Shown piece after piece: positions 9,697 to 18,515 of a stretch of DNA of 64,000 nucleotides. The notes beneath the pieces were generated by a model. The model did no database searches. It saw only the letters and a list, made by a program, of their open reading frames with translations, and had not been told where the DNA came from. A program made the position numbers and the translations under genes. Source of the stretch: Blastocatellia bacterium (lineage in GTDB: Bacteria; Acidobacteriota; Blastocatellia; RBC074); the NCBI GenBank assembly GCA_016789725.1, contig JAEUQN010000004.1, positions 99 to 64,098 on the forward strand, written 5' to 3'. How positions within the stretch are numbered: the first letter of the stretch is position 1; each line of letters begins with the position of its first letter.

Positions 9697-11049
9697 TTAC
9701 TTTTCCTTCGTAAAAACTCTTTCCCCACCGCCTCGTTTGATGGTCATCTGATTTTTCGCGGCGTTGAATTCAAAAACGATGCCGACAGCAGTGCCATTAT
9801 CGAGTTTGAATTTATCCTGCGCCGTGGCTTCGAGCGGAACAGCCGCTCCCGCTCCGGGCGGTTGCGCGTAAAGCGTCGCGCCGATGCGGGTGATCGTAAA
9901 TTTCACGGGCGCTTCGGGAGTCGAATAAACCCCGACGTATTTGTCCAGCACTTCCGTGCTGACGGCGATGGATTCAAAGGTGGGAATCTGAAACGGCTTA
10001 TTGTAGTAAATGTCCATAATGCCGCTCATGATGTCGCGGACTGGGTAAACCTTCGCGTTCGTGGTGTAGGCGACCGCCAGCTTTTCTTCTGGCTGGTACA
10101 TCAGCCACGCTCCGTAATTATCCGCACCGCCCGTATGCCCGTAGAAAGTCTTGCTGACGAAGGTGAAAGGCTCCATACCCTGCCCCTCGCCATCCCTGAT
10201 CGTTTTCATCTGATCCAGCCTCTCCTTTGACACGACTTGCGCGTCAAACAGGGCCTGGATGAATTTGGCCAGGTCGTTCGGCGTCGAAACAATCGCGCCC
10301 GCGCTGAAGAGGATGCTGGGATGCGTTTCGGACACCGGTTTCCAGCCGTCGCCGAAGTTCATATAGGTCAGAGCTTCGTTTTTGCTCACCTCAATATTTC
10401 CGGTGGCGAGGTAGGTATCCGCCAGCCCGATCTTTGACGTAATTCTTGTCTGTAGAATTTCCCCGTAGGGTTTGCCTGTTACCTTTTCAATGATCAGACC
10501 CAGAAGCTGATAGCCGGAGTTGCTGTAGGAACGCTTTGTGTCCGGTTCGAAATCCGGCGTGCCTTTGACGATCAGGGCAAGTATTTCATCTTTCGTTACT
10601 GGGATCGTATTCGCGTTTCCCTGAGCACTCTGCTCGCGCTTTACGTTCGGGATACCGCTGCGATGCCAGAGGATTTGCTCAATCGTAATTTTCCTGGCGT
10701 TGGGAACCTGCGGGAAAAATTTGTCGAGCGTGTCGGTCAGTTTTACTTTTCCTTCCTCGACAAGCTGCAAGATCATCGCGGCGGTGAACATTTTGGTGAT
10801 CGAACCGATGCGGAAGCGGCTCGTCGTAGTCAGCGGCTTTTTCGTAGTTCCGTCAATCTGAGCGTAGCCAATGGCGCGGGTGTAAACCACCTTGCCGTCT
10901 TTGGCGATGGTGAGGCTGCCCATTGCCTTGTTCTTTTCAGCGAGCCGGTCAAAGAACTGGTCGAGTTTGGCATTGTCCAAGGTCTGAGCAGCGCCTGTGG
11001 TGAACAACGCCAGTGTCAGTACAATTGCGAATAATAGTTTGATTTTCAT
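9697..11049 (-). CDS. secreted serine hydrolase (beta-lactamase family)
   Basis: Signal peptide. Canonical motifs are intact: FRIGSITKMF (SxxK), YSNSGY (YxN), GHTGG. Confidence 0.9.
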   Translation of the reverse strand: MKIKLLFAIVLTLALFTTGAAQTLDNAKLDQFFDRLAEKNKAMGSLTIAKDGKVVYTRAIGYAQIDGTTKKPLTTTSRFRIGSITKMFTAAMILQLVEEGKVKLTDTLDKFFPQVPNARKITIEQILWHRSGIPNVKREQSAQGNANTIPVTKDEILALIVKGTPDFEPDTKRSYSNSGYQLLGLIIEKVTGKPYGEILQTRITSKIGLADTYLATGNIEVSKNEALTYMNFGDGWKPVSETHPSILFSAGAIVSTPNDLAKFIQALFDAQVVSKERLDQMKTIRDGEGQGMEPFTFVSKTFYGHTGGADNYGAWLMYQPEEKLAVAYTTNAKVYPVRDIMSGIMDIYYNKPFQIPTFESIAVSTEVLDKYVGVYSTPEAPVKFTITRIGATLYAQPPGAGAAVPLEATAQDKFKLDNGTAVGIVFEFNAAKNQMTIKRGGGERVFTKEK

Positions 11050-11088
11050 AGTTGTGCTCCACTTTTGCCAACGATTTGTGCTTCCGCA

Positions 11089-11301
11089 CTACGCAAGGTC
11101 TTCTTTATATTCTAAAATATCTCCGGGCTGACACTCCAAAGCTCTGCAAATCGCCTCCAAAGTTGAGAGCCGGATCGCTTTGGCTTTGCCGTTTTTCAAG
11201 ATGGAAATATTCGCCATTGTGATGCCGACTTTTTCAGTCAGCTCGGTGACGCTCATCTTCCGCTTCGCCAACATGACGTCTATGTTGATGATGATTGCCA
11301 T
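11089..11301 (-). CDS. XRE/Cro-type helix-turn-helix transcriptional regulator (YozG-like)
   Basis: 70 aa; MSVTELTEKVGITMANISILKNGKAKAIRLSTLEAICRALECQPGDILEY is the classic short HTH that pairs with DUF2975 genes. Confidence 0.9.
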   Translation of the reverse strand: MAIIINIDVMLAKRKMSVTELTEKVGITMANISILKNGKAKAIRLSTLEAICRALECQPGDILEYKEDLA

Positions 11302-11311
11302 GCTGGTCTCC

Positions 11312-11794
11312 TTATACGGTTAAGTCGTTCTCGGACTTTATCTCTACGGCGCTTTGTAAAAGTTTCTCAAACACGGCTGCGGCAGTAGCGACTACGACCG
11401 AGATAAACATCATAATCAGACCGATCATCACACCGCCTGCAATGTCTTCCTTGCCGCGTTGAGCGATGAAGATGAACGCTTCTGCCCCCACAATAAAAGC
11501 GACCAGAGTCAGCGCGCAGTATTTGATCGTCCGCAAGGCTTTCACCGCGCGTTGCGAAAATACTTGATTTGCCCTTATGTAGCCCAACAGCTTGAAGGCT
11601 TGATAAAGCGCGACGAAAAAGGCAATAGACGCCGTATAGGCATACGCCAGAAATGGGTCTTTGAAGTAAATCTCAAAGGGCGTGGCGTTCGCATTCCTGC
11701 CTTCCAGGTGAGGTTCCCACAGCATCAGGGCAAGTACTCCGATCCCGATGAGTACGATGACGATCTGAAGAAATATGGTTGAGCTTCGTTTCAT
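11312..11794 (-). CDS. DUF2975-like integral membrane protein
   Basis: 160 aa with four predicted TM helices, immediately upstream of the YozG-like HTH gene, which is the usual gene pair. Confidence 0.75.
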   Translation of the reverse strand: MKRSSTIFLQIVIVLIGIGVLALMLWEPHLEGRNANATPFEIYFKDPFLAYAYTASIAFFVALYQAFKLLGYIRANQVFSQRAVKALRTIKYCALTLVAFIVGAEAFIFIAQRGKEDIAGGVMIGLIMMFISVVVATAAAVFEKLLQSAVEIKSENDLTV

Positions 11795-12302
11795 AATGGT
11801 TCTTCCTGTTTGAAGAGTGCTTTTTAACGAACTATTGGCATTTTCGTTTTACATTACATATTTATTGTTTGTCAATATACATTTACCGCGCTACGAGTAG
11901 CGGAGGTATCTAAATACGGGTACAGACGAGATGGACGTTGCCTTGCTAAATGCGAAAAAATTTACTCTCAGCCCGACCAAAATGTTGGTTTAGCGTCAAG
12001 CCACCTTCAGTTACTTACCAACAAAGGCGATGCGCTGCCCATATAAAATCGTATGGCTTGGCGTAAAAAATTCGCACAAGGCGAGGCTACCCCTAAATAG
12101 ACTGAAGCTTGCCTTCGGACACCGTGATCTTCCCAATGAAAAAGGGGATATGGAAGAATGGTTACGTGAAACCTTCTCCTTACTTCTTTTACCTGTTACA
12201 AAAAAATCGTATAAAGTGGTGGTACGCGCAACACAGTGAGAAATTCAGTGTAAAGCAGCAAACATAAATACCCCAGTGGTAAGAACCCAAAGGAGCTATT
12301 CC

Positions 12303-13355
12303 ATGCAACACCCCCGCTATGCCGCGCCTTTCGCATCTGTGTCAGGCTATTTTTCAGTCAGCCGCTTTCTACTGTGTGCTGTGCTCATTTTCTTTGGTGC
12401 AGCCATTTCCCGTGCCCAGAATACTAACGTCAAACCAGCGCCCGTCATTGATGTCCACGTCCACGCGATGGATGGCAACTTCCCCGGCGCACAGCCAATG
12501 TGTCCGAACACGCCGCAATTCCTCGCGTCTGATCCCAAAGGCAACGAAGAACGCTTCGGCTGGGCGAAAACCGCCTGCTCTCCGGCGCTCTACCCATCGA
12601 ACCCAGGCGAGTATATGAAAGATTTACTGGCCGAAATGGAACGCCTGAATGTCACCGCCGTCGTGATGGGCGATCCCAAGAGCGCGCAGAAATGGAAAGA
12701 TGCCGCGCCCGGTCGCGTGATCCTCGGGACGGGCATTGACAATCAGGCAACAGCGGACAAACGCGCTACGCTCGAAGAGTTGCGCAAGCTGTTTACTACA
12801 GGTGGATTTAAGGTGATGGGCGAAATCGGCTTGCAGTACCAAAACCTGTCGCCGAGCGATATGAGCGTGGATAAATACTTCGCGCTGGCCGAAGAACTCG
12901 ACGTGCCTGTAGCGATTCACATGGGCACAGGAGGTTCGGGCCGCGCGAATATCACTATGCCGAACTTTCGCGGCTCAAAGGGCGATCCGCTATTGCTGGA
13001 AGAATTGCTCGCGCGTCATCCCAAACTGCGCGTGTGGGTAATGCACGCGGGCTATCCGATGATTGACAACATGCTGACGCTGTTACAAGCCAACTCCCAC
13101 GTGTACGTGGACGTCGCCGGACTGATCTGGAGTTATCCCATCAAGGAAGTGAATCGCTACATTGAACGCCTCGTAGACGCTGGATTCGGCGACCGCGTGA
13201 TGTTCGGAACCGATCAAATGATTTGGCCGAAGCTCATGGCGTATTCGATTGGCATCATTCAGAACGCTGATTACCTGACCCCGCAGCAAAAGCGCGACAT
13301 CCTGTACAACAACGCCGCGCGCTTCCTGCGCCTTGAGACCAAACCAGGAAATTAA
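12303..13355 (+). CDS. secreted metal-dependent amidohydrolase (amidohydrolase-2/TIM-barrel type)
   Basis: AAGGAG lies 6 nt before ATG 12303. It has a signal-like N-terminus, the metal motif IDVHVHAM, and later VAIHMG and MFGTDQ. Confidence 0.85.
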   Translation: MQHPRYAAPFASVSGYFSVSRFLLCAVLIFFGAAISRAQNTNVKPAPVIDVHVHAMDGNFPGAQPMCPNTPQFLASDPKGNEERFGWAKTACSPALYPSNPGEYMKDLLAEMERLNVTAVVMGDPKSAQKWKDAAPGRVILGTGIDNQATADKRATLEELRKLFTTGGFKVMGEIGLQYQNLSPSDMSVDKYFALAEELDVPVAIHMGTGGSGRANITMPNFRGSKGDPLLLEELLARHPKLRVWVMHAGYPMIDNMLTLLQANSHVYVDVAGLIWSYPIKEVNRYIERLVDAGFGDRVMFGTDQMIWPKLMAYSIGIIQNADYLTPQQKRDILYNNAARFLRLETKPGN

Positions 13356-13367
13356 ATCGCTCCATCT

Positions 13368-13414
13368 GAAGAGCGGAAAGGCTAGACGCGGCACCTTGCC
13401 AGCCTTTCCGCTCT
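13368..13414 (+). terminator. terminator-like hairpin after the amidohydrolase gene
   Basis: Stem gaagagcggaaaggct / agcctttccgctctt, with no clear T-run. Confidence 0.4.
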
Positions 13415-13495
13415 TAATCAACAATAGAGGTCAAGTGTAGGTCTCAGGGTTGACTCGAATCCAACTTGTAACCCATCTCATTACAGGCATACATT

Positions 13496-13921
13496 ATGCG
13501 CATTGCTAGTCGTTTTGCTATTGCTGTTCATATCTTGTCCTTGCTGGGAACTTTCCCGGAAGAGTCGCTGACGTCTGATTGGATGGCCAGCAGCATCGGT
13601 GTCAATGCGGTGATCGTGCGCAATGTCATCGGAATGTTGCGGCGGGCTGGATTGGTCACGACACAACAGGGCGCAGCGGGAGCGTTTCTCGCTCGTCCGT
13701 TACAACAAATTACGGTTTTGGACGTGTATCGGGCCATTGGAATGGAAGACGATTTGTTTACCCTTCACCAAAGCCCGAACCCGAATTGCCCCGTCGGCAG
13801 GAACATTCAAAGAGCCTTGGGAACGGTTTTCACCAAAGCACAGCAAGAGATGGAAGCCCAACTCGCCAAAACGACGATGGCGCAGATTGTGCGCGAAATT
13901 AAGGCTGCCGATAAACCGTAA
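13496..13921 (+). CDS. Rrf2 family transcriptional regulator
   Basis: N-terminal winged helix MRIASRFAIAVHILSLL...SDWMASSIGVNAVIVRNVIGMLRRAGLV. Confidence 0.85.
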   Translation: MRIASRFAIAVHILSLLGTFPEESLTSDWMASSIGVNAVIVRNVIGMLRRAGLVTTQQGAAGAFLARPLQQITVLDVYRAIGMEDDLFTLHQSPNPNCPVGRNIQRALGTVFTKAQQEMEAQLAKTTMAQIVREIKAADKP

Positions 13922-14010
13922 AACACTGCCGCCTGGGGGAGAGCAACTCTCGTTATTTCGCGCCCACACTTGTAATAGCAACCATTACAAATCAACTAAA
14001 TCGGAGAAAA

Positions 14011-14961
14011 ATGATGAATACTACAAAAGGAATCATCAGAAACGTCGCCTGTTTGATGCTGACGTTCGCTGCGTGCCTGAGCAGCGTTCAAGCACAGGCT
14101 AATCACTCTCCATCGCAATCACCCGCTCAAAAGCCTGAGCAAAGCTTTCCGAAAGTGAGCGGCCCCTGCGACAGAGCGTGTCTTGAGCAAACGATGCAGG
14201 CGTTTCTCGTGGCGGCGACGACAAACCAATTCGGGAAAGTCCCCGCAATAGCGCAAGCAGAAATCCGTGAAAACGCGCGAGCCATTGCGCTGGCCGATTC
14301 AACTTGGGCGAAAGTCCGCGCGATTCGTTCTGTGTGGGTGTTCGCCGATGCGGTCACGGGCAATGTCATTGGCCGAACGGGCGTAGAGTTAGCCGATGGA
14401 AAGCCCGGCTATATTTCGACGCGGCTCAAGGTCGTGGCGGACGGCAAAATTGCTGACATCGAAATCGCGGCGGATACATCAAATCGCGTAGTGAAAGATT
14501 ACGTCTGGAATCTCGATCAGAACGTGGAAAAGCCGTTAGCGCCAGCAGAACGCATTGATCGAATCTCGCTGGAGGCGTTGGCGCTGCGCTATTTTATGTC
14601 GCTGTCTACGCACGTTGCTATGAAAGCCGATTTCGATGATCGCGCGTGCAATCGCTTTCACAGCGGGATGCAGATCACAAACGCCGCGCGCAACGCCGTC
14701 GAAGGCGGGCCAGCCCGCACCTGCGTAAGCTCCGTCGAAGGCAATCCGCCGTGGGGGCCTGCCACCGAGCAACGCGTCCCCGTGATTGATGAAGAGCGCG
14801 GGATCGTGATTGGGATTACGCTGCTGCATTACCTGAAATCGCCGCGTAACTCCAAGATGTATGTGTGGGAAGTCTTCAAGGTGGTGAATGGAAAAATTAT
14901 CCGAATAGATAACATCGGATTGATGCAAGACGGTCTTACAACGCTGGGATTTGTTCATTAA
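14011..14961 (+). CDS. secreted hypothetical protein
   Basis: 316-aa ORF with signal peptide (MMNTTKGIIRNVACLMLTFAACLSSVQAQA). I recognise no family. Confidence 0.6.
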   Translation: MMNTTKGIIRNVACLMLTFAACLSSVQAQANHSPSQSPAQKPEQSFPKVSGPCDRACLEQTMQAFLVAATTNQFGKVPAIAQAEIRENARAIALADSTWAKVRAIRSVWVFADAVTGNVIGRTGVELADGKPGYISTRLKVVADGKIADIEIAADTSNRVVKDYVWNLDQNVEKPLAPAERIDRISLEALALRYFMSLSTHVAMKADFDDRACNRFHSGMQITNAARNAVEGGPARTCVSSVEGNPPWGPATEQRVPVIDEERGIVIGITLLHYLKSPRNSKMYVWEVFKVVNGKIIRIDNIGLMQDGLTTLGFVH

Positions 14962-14971
14962 GCGTCTGTTT

Positions 14972-15658
14972 TCACTGCTTAGATTCATCATTCCGAATTT
15001 TCAAATCGGCAAAATAACCTTCCGTCCCAACGTCAACCCATAATCCAACTGCGCCGGATAAGTCAGCGCCATGTTTGAGATCATTCACAATCAACACGGG
15101 CTGTTTGGTGCCGTTGACAAAGAGTTTCGCTTTAGCACCTTTAACTTCGATTTTTAAGTCAATCCATTCATTCAGCCCGATGTCCACATACGATTCATAT
15201 TCGCCGGGCGCTTCTTTTCTGAGACGGTCAAACTTGAAATCGGAAAACGAAAAATATTGCGTCGAGCGATTTCTTCTGAGTTGAATCTCAACTCTGCCAT
15301 TGGTAGGCCGAACATAGATGCACTCAAATTTTGAATTGTTGTCATTGATTCTGAAGGCAAGGCCGATAAAGCCGCGAGCATCTGCGGGAGCATCTTTGAG
15401 TAACCGGCTCAACACCTTGACTTCAATCGTTCCATTTTTGAAGTTGACGCCTTTTAGTTTCGCAAACGTGGGTTCGTCAACCGCTTTCACGGCAGAGGCT
15501 TTGACAACTTGTATCGTACCCTTGCCCATGATTTTTGCAGATGACATGGACACGCTAACGGCTTCAAGTTTGGTGGTGTCGAGTTTGACGCTTTGGGCAT
15601 AAGTGGACGTTAGCCCGGCCACTGCCCAAACGATGAGCAAAAGAATGAATTTTTTCAT
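14972..15658 (-). CDS. secreted DUF1080/LamG-like (3-keto-disaccharide hydrolase fold) protein
   Basis: Signal peptide. The blocks FKNGTIEVKV, GFIGLAFRI, WIDLKIEVKGAKAKLFVNG and GAVGLWV are typical of the concanavalin-like DUF1080 family. Confidence 0.7.
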   Translation of the reverse strand: MKKFILLLIVWAVAGLTSTYAQSVKLDTTKLEAVSVSMSSAKIMGKGTIQVVKASAVKAVDEPTFAKLKGVNFKNGTIEVKVLSRLLKDAPADARGFIGLAFRINDNNSKFECIYVRPTNGRVEIQLRRNRSTQYFSFSDFKFDRLRKEAPGEYESYVDIGLNEWIDLKIEVKGAKAKLFVNGTKQPVLIVNDLKHGADLSGAVGLWVDVGTEGYFADLKIRNDESKQ

Positions 15659-15719
15659 GATGAATTATCTTTCTTGCCTGACGTTGGCGGCGATTTCGCC
15701 GACGAGCAGGCATAAGTGA

Positions 15720-16118
15720 TTAAGCGTTTGAGGGGTTGATGCCATTCGCCAATGGCATCTCTTTCACCCCGGCATAAAAGACAATGAAGACCGCAGGCGT
15801 AGCGCCGACCGTGCCGCGATGCACAGTTCTGACAGGTTCTGGGATTACCTGACCCGCCGTGAAATGCCGCTTGTTTCCGTCTTGTTCCTCCACCGTAATT
15901 TCGCCGGAAAGCACATAAGCCGCTGTCGGCATCGGGTGTTCGTGCCAACGTAATTGCTCATGCGCAGGAATGGTGATTTTCAGCACGGTGATTTCGGGAA
16001 CGCCTGCGGGATAGGCTTGATATGAAGCGTTGTTCCATGACGCACTGGTACGCAACAACGTCTGTGTCGTGATTTTAGCGGCCTCGCCGTCTTCGATGTT
16101 GATGGGAAGATTGTTCAT
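15720..16118 (-). CDS. cupin domain protein
   Basis: 132 aa with cupin motifs WHEHPMPTAAYVLSGEI and FTAGQVIPEPVRTVHRG. Confidence 0.8.
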   Translation of the reverse strand: MNNLPINIEDGEAAKITTQTLLRTSASWNNASYQAYPAGVPEITVLKITIPAHEQLRWHEHPMPTAAYVLSGEITVEEQDGNKRHFTAGQVIPEPVRTVHRGTVGATPAVFIVFYAGVKEMPLANGINPSNA

Positions 16119-16136
16119 TGTTGGTGTTTTCGTTCC

Positions 16137-17327
16137 TCACACACCGGGCTTCAGAAACAGCCCCGCGCCGATTTTCGCAGCCTCTGAACCTGCAACCGGA
16201 TGCAGGTAGTTGCGCCTGCTTTGGTCACGCTCAAACGTAATGGATTGCTCCGTAGTCTTGGTTCCGATCATTTCAAGAAAGCCTGCGTCAATGTCTTTGT
16301 ATTCGAGTCGCGCGCCAGTGCCAGAACCTGCCAGCCTGCGGTTATGCGCCAGATAGCTGTCAATGACTTTGTAATGAACTGCTTCTTTAGCCTGTGCTGT
16401 TGCAGGCGCAGCTTGTTGCCCGCCACGTCCTGCGGCATCGGCTGACGCGGAAGCTCCGCCCTGTGCCGTCCAAACGTAATTGCTGTCACTCACGACATTG
16501 TTCCTGTACTCAAAGTCATTGGCAATCGCTGCCGTCCAGACGGCGCTGCCATACAAATCGTGCAGCACGCAATGGTGCATTGCGTGGCCTGTGCTACCCG
16601 GCGTCCAGTAAACCACCGAAATTTTCTGACCACGGAAAATACAATGATGGACATTCACGCCATTGCCGTGAGCAATAATGGATACGTGATTCGGCGCGAT
16701 CAATTCATCGCCGACCAGCAAACATTGCGCGACTTCCAAGTCTTCCAAATCACGCCGCAGCCTGCTGATGGCATAGAGCCGCCGGATTTGTCCGGGCTTC
16801 GGACTTTCCACGACGGGGATACCAAGCACTCTCAAGCCCCGAATGGTGACGTGGCTGGTTTCAATCAGGATGCCATCGGCTACGCCGCCTAACGGGTCAG
16901 GACGTCCGTTCCAGGTTGAGCCAAGCGGCATCGTGTGAATCAAGGTCGGCATTCGTCCGACATTCCATTCCGGGTCATCGGGCAACACTTCGGCGCGAAT
17001 CGTGAGGCGATTTTCTTTGGTGAACTTTCTATTCTTCGGACTGAGCAAGACAGTTTCATCCACCGAATAGATGCCTTCAGCAAGGAAGGCGGTAAACGCG
17101 CTTGTGCCTGTGCTGGCATTCACACGGCGTGCGACTTCGGGCAGCGATTTTAAGGGTGCAGCTTTGGTTCCGGCGTTGCTATCACGCCCGTTGGCAGGGT
17201 GAACATAAATGGTTTCGCTTGCCTGCGTTTGCAGCTCGCGGGCGAAAAGAATTTCCGGTCGCAGCAATGAAGCGCCTGCTCCGGCTGCGATGGCGGTTTT
17301 CAGTAATTGTCTTCGGTTGGTCATCAC
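16137..17327 (-). CDS. Tat-leader right-handed beta-helix (pectin-lyase-fold) protein
   Basis: Leader MMTNRRQLLKTAIAAGAGASLL. Repetitive His/Asn-rich coils (NGVNVHHCIF, HAMHHCVLHD, EYRNNVV). Confidence 0.7.
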   Translation of the reverse strand: MMTNRRQLLKTAIAAGAGASLLRPEILFARELQTQASETIYVHPANGRDSNAGTKAAPLKSLPEVARRVNASTGTSAFTAFLAEGIYSVDETVLLSPKNRKFTKENRLTIRAEVLPDDPEWNVGRMPTLIHTMPLGSTWNGRPDPLGGVADGILIETSHVTIRGLRVLGIPVVESPKPGQIRRLYAISRLRRDLEDLEVAQCLLVGDELIAPNHVSIIAHGNGVNVHHCIFRGQKISVVYWTPGSTGHAMHHCVLHDLYGSAVWTAAIANDFEYRNNVVSDSNYVWTAQGGASASADAAGRGGQQAAPATAQAKEAVHYKVIDSYLAHNRRLAGSGTGARLEYKDIDAGFLEMIGTKTTEQSITFERDQSRRNYLHPVAGSEAAKIGAGLFLKPGV

Positions 17328-17445
17328 GGTTTTCCTCTCAAGAATTGGCGCAGCATTTGTGCGCGTTTCGATTCTTTAGACGATTGCCGTGATCCGACTG
17401 TGAAAGTTTCGCGGTGATTTTTTTGCGGCGAGGATGTTTTTTTCT

Positions 17446-18282
17446 TCAATCCACCCGCGCTGTGCTTCGGGCGTCGAGGGTTTCCATCAAACGGCGGGCA
17501 AAATTAATCGAGGAAGCGCGGGGCTGACTGGAACGGTGCAAGGCAAAAGCGCGTCGCGCTTCATCTACTTGTCTGACGACCGCACGCGCTTGTTGAAACG
17601 ACGTAGCGTTGGCGGCGTAGTTGCAGCCATCCGCACGCACCTTGCCAGCCCGCAAGGCGGCGGGAACTTGCCGGTTGCAGGAACACGTAGCCGCATCTGA
17701 CACCAGGCCACAGTGGCTTTGGGTAAACGTCAGAATTGCTGCACGCGCGGTTTGTAACCGCTTGCGGAAAAGGTCAGGCGAAATCTCCAACGCTTCGGCA
17801 GCTTCCGGCCCGGACATTTCCAAAATCTCTCCCAGCACGTAAGCCAACCGATGCGGGCGATCCAGACATTGCAGCATTCCCAACGAACAACCTACTTTTA
17901 CTTCCTCAATGAGCAAAGAGTGTTCCGTCTCATCCGGGGCTTCCATTCCCAGCCCTTCGTGCAAATCTTGCGCGAACTGCTCAAAGCTCAGGTGCAATCG
18001 TTCCACCGCGCTTTTCTTCACGTCGAGGATGTAGTTTGCCGCGACGCGAAAAGCCCAGGTCTTCAGCTTGCTGCGAAAATCAAATTGCGAGAGGCGCGTA
18101 ACGATACGCACCAGAATTTCCTGCGTCGCATCTTCCGCGTCCTCTCGATTGCACAACATCCGCAAGGCTAAACCATAGATGTCGTCTTGCAAGCTGCGAA
18201 CAAGCGTTTCCAGCGCGTCGCGTTCTCCATCAATTGCGCACCGCGCGACAGCTTCCAGCGACATTGCATTTGACTCAGTCAT
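17446..18282 (-). CDS. ECF-type RNA polymerase sigma factor with Cys-containing C-terminal extension
   Basis: Sigma region 2 (DATQEILVRIVTRL...WAFRVAANYILD) and region 4 (MSGPEAAEALEISPDLFRKRLQTAR), followed by ~100 extra aa containing HCGLVSDAATCSCN...C. Start at ATG 18282, preceded by AAAGGA. Confidence 0.85.
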   Translation of the reverse strand: MTESNAMSLEAVARCAIDGERDALETLVRSLQDDIYGLALRMLCNREDAEDATQEILVRIVTRLSQFDFRSKLKTWAFRVAANYILDVKKSAVERLHLSFEQFAQDLHEGLGMEAPDETEHSLLIEEVKVGCSLGMLQCLDRPHRLAYVLGEILEMSGPEAAEALEISPDLFRKRLQTARAAILTFTQSHCGLVSDAATCSCNRQVPAALRAGKVRADGCNYAANATSFQQARAVVRQVDEARRAFALHRSSQPRASSINFARRLMETLDARSTARVD

Positions 18283-18302
18283 GCTGGCGTTCCTTTTCCC
18301 AC

Positions 18303-18487
18303 CTCTTAGAACGTGTACGAAAACTGCCCCTGACAAACACTTTCACCGCCGAGGCACAGAGGGCGCGCATAGGGAGCGCAGAGGGAAAACCAAGAAAAAG
18401 AAAAAACCTTCCGAATAGGCTCTGCGAAGCTCTGCGCGACCTCTGTGCCTCGGCGGTGAAATGAGGTTTTCGTACACGCTCTTAGGC
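18303..18487. repeat. 185-nt composite palindromic 'cacagag' element (REP/MITE-like)
   Basis: Perfect 22-bp inverted repeat tttcaccgccgaggcacagagg (18341-18362) / cctctgtgcctcggcggtgaaa (18440-18461). Outer arms gaacgtgtacgaaaac / gttttcgtacacgctc match 15/16. The centre is A-rich. Confidence 0.7.
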
Positions 18488-18515
18488 AAAGCTGAAGCCC
18501 AGCTTCGTCATCGGC

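Noticed and set aside
12030-12239. 69-aa ORF in the AT-rich 480-nt gap upstream of the amidohydrolase gene
   Set aside because: It has no RBS, no recognisable motif and non-coding-like composition. The gap is more likely promoter or leader DNA.
18303-18487. Possibility that the 'cacagag' repeats are a CRISPR array or a tRNA/ncRNA gene
   Set aside because: The repeats are inverted, not direct, and there are no regularly spaced spacers. Copies are dispersed tens of kb apart and no cloverleaf can be drawn. A REP/MITE-like element is the simpler reading.
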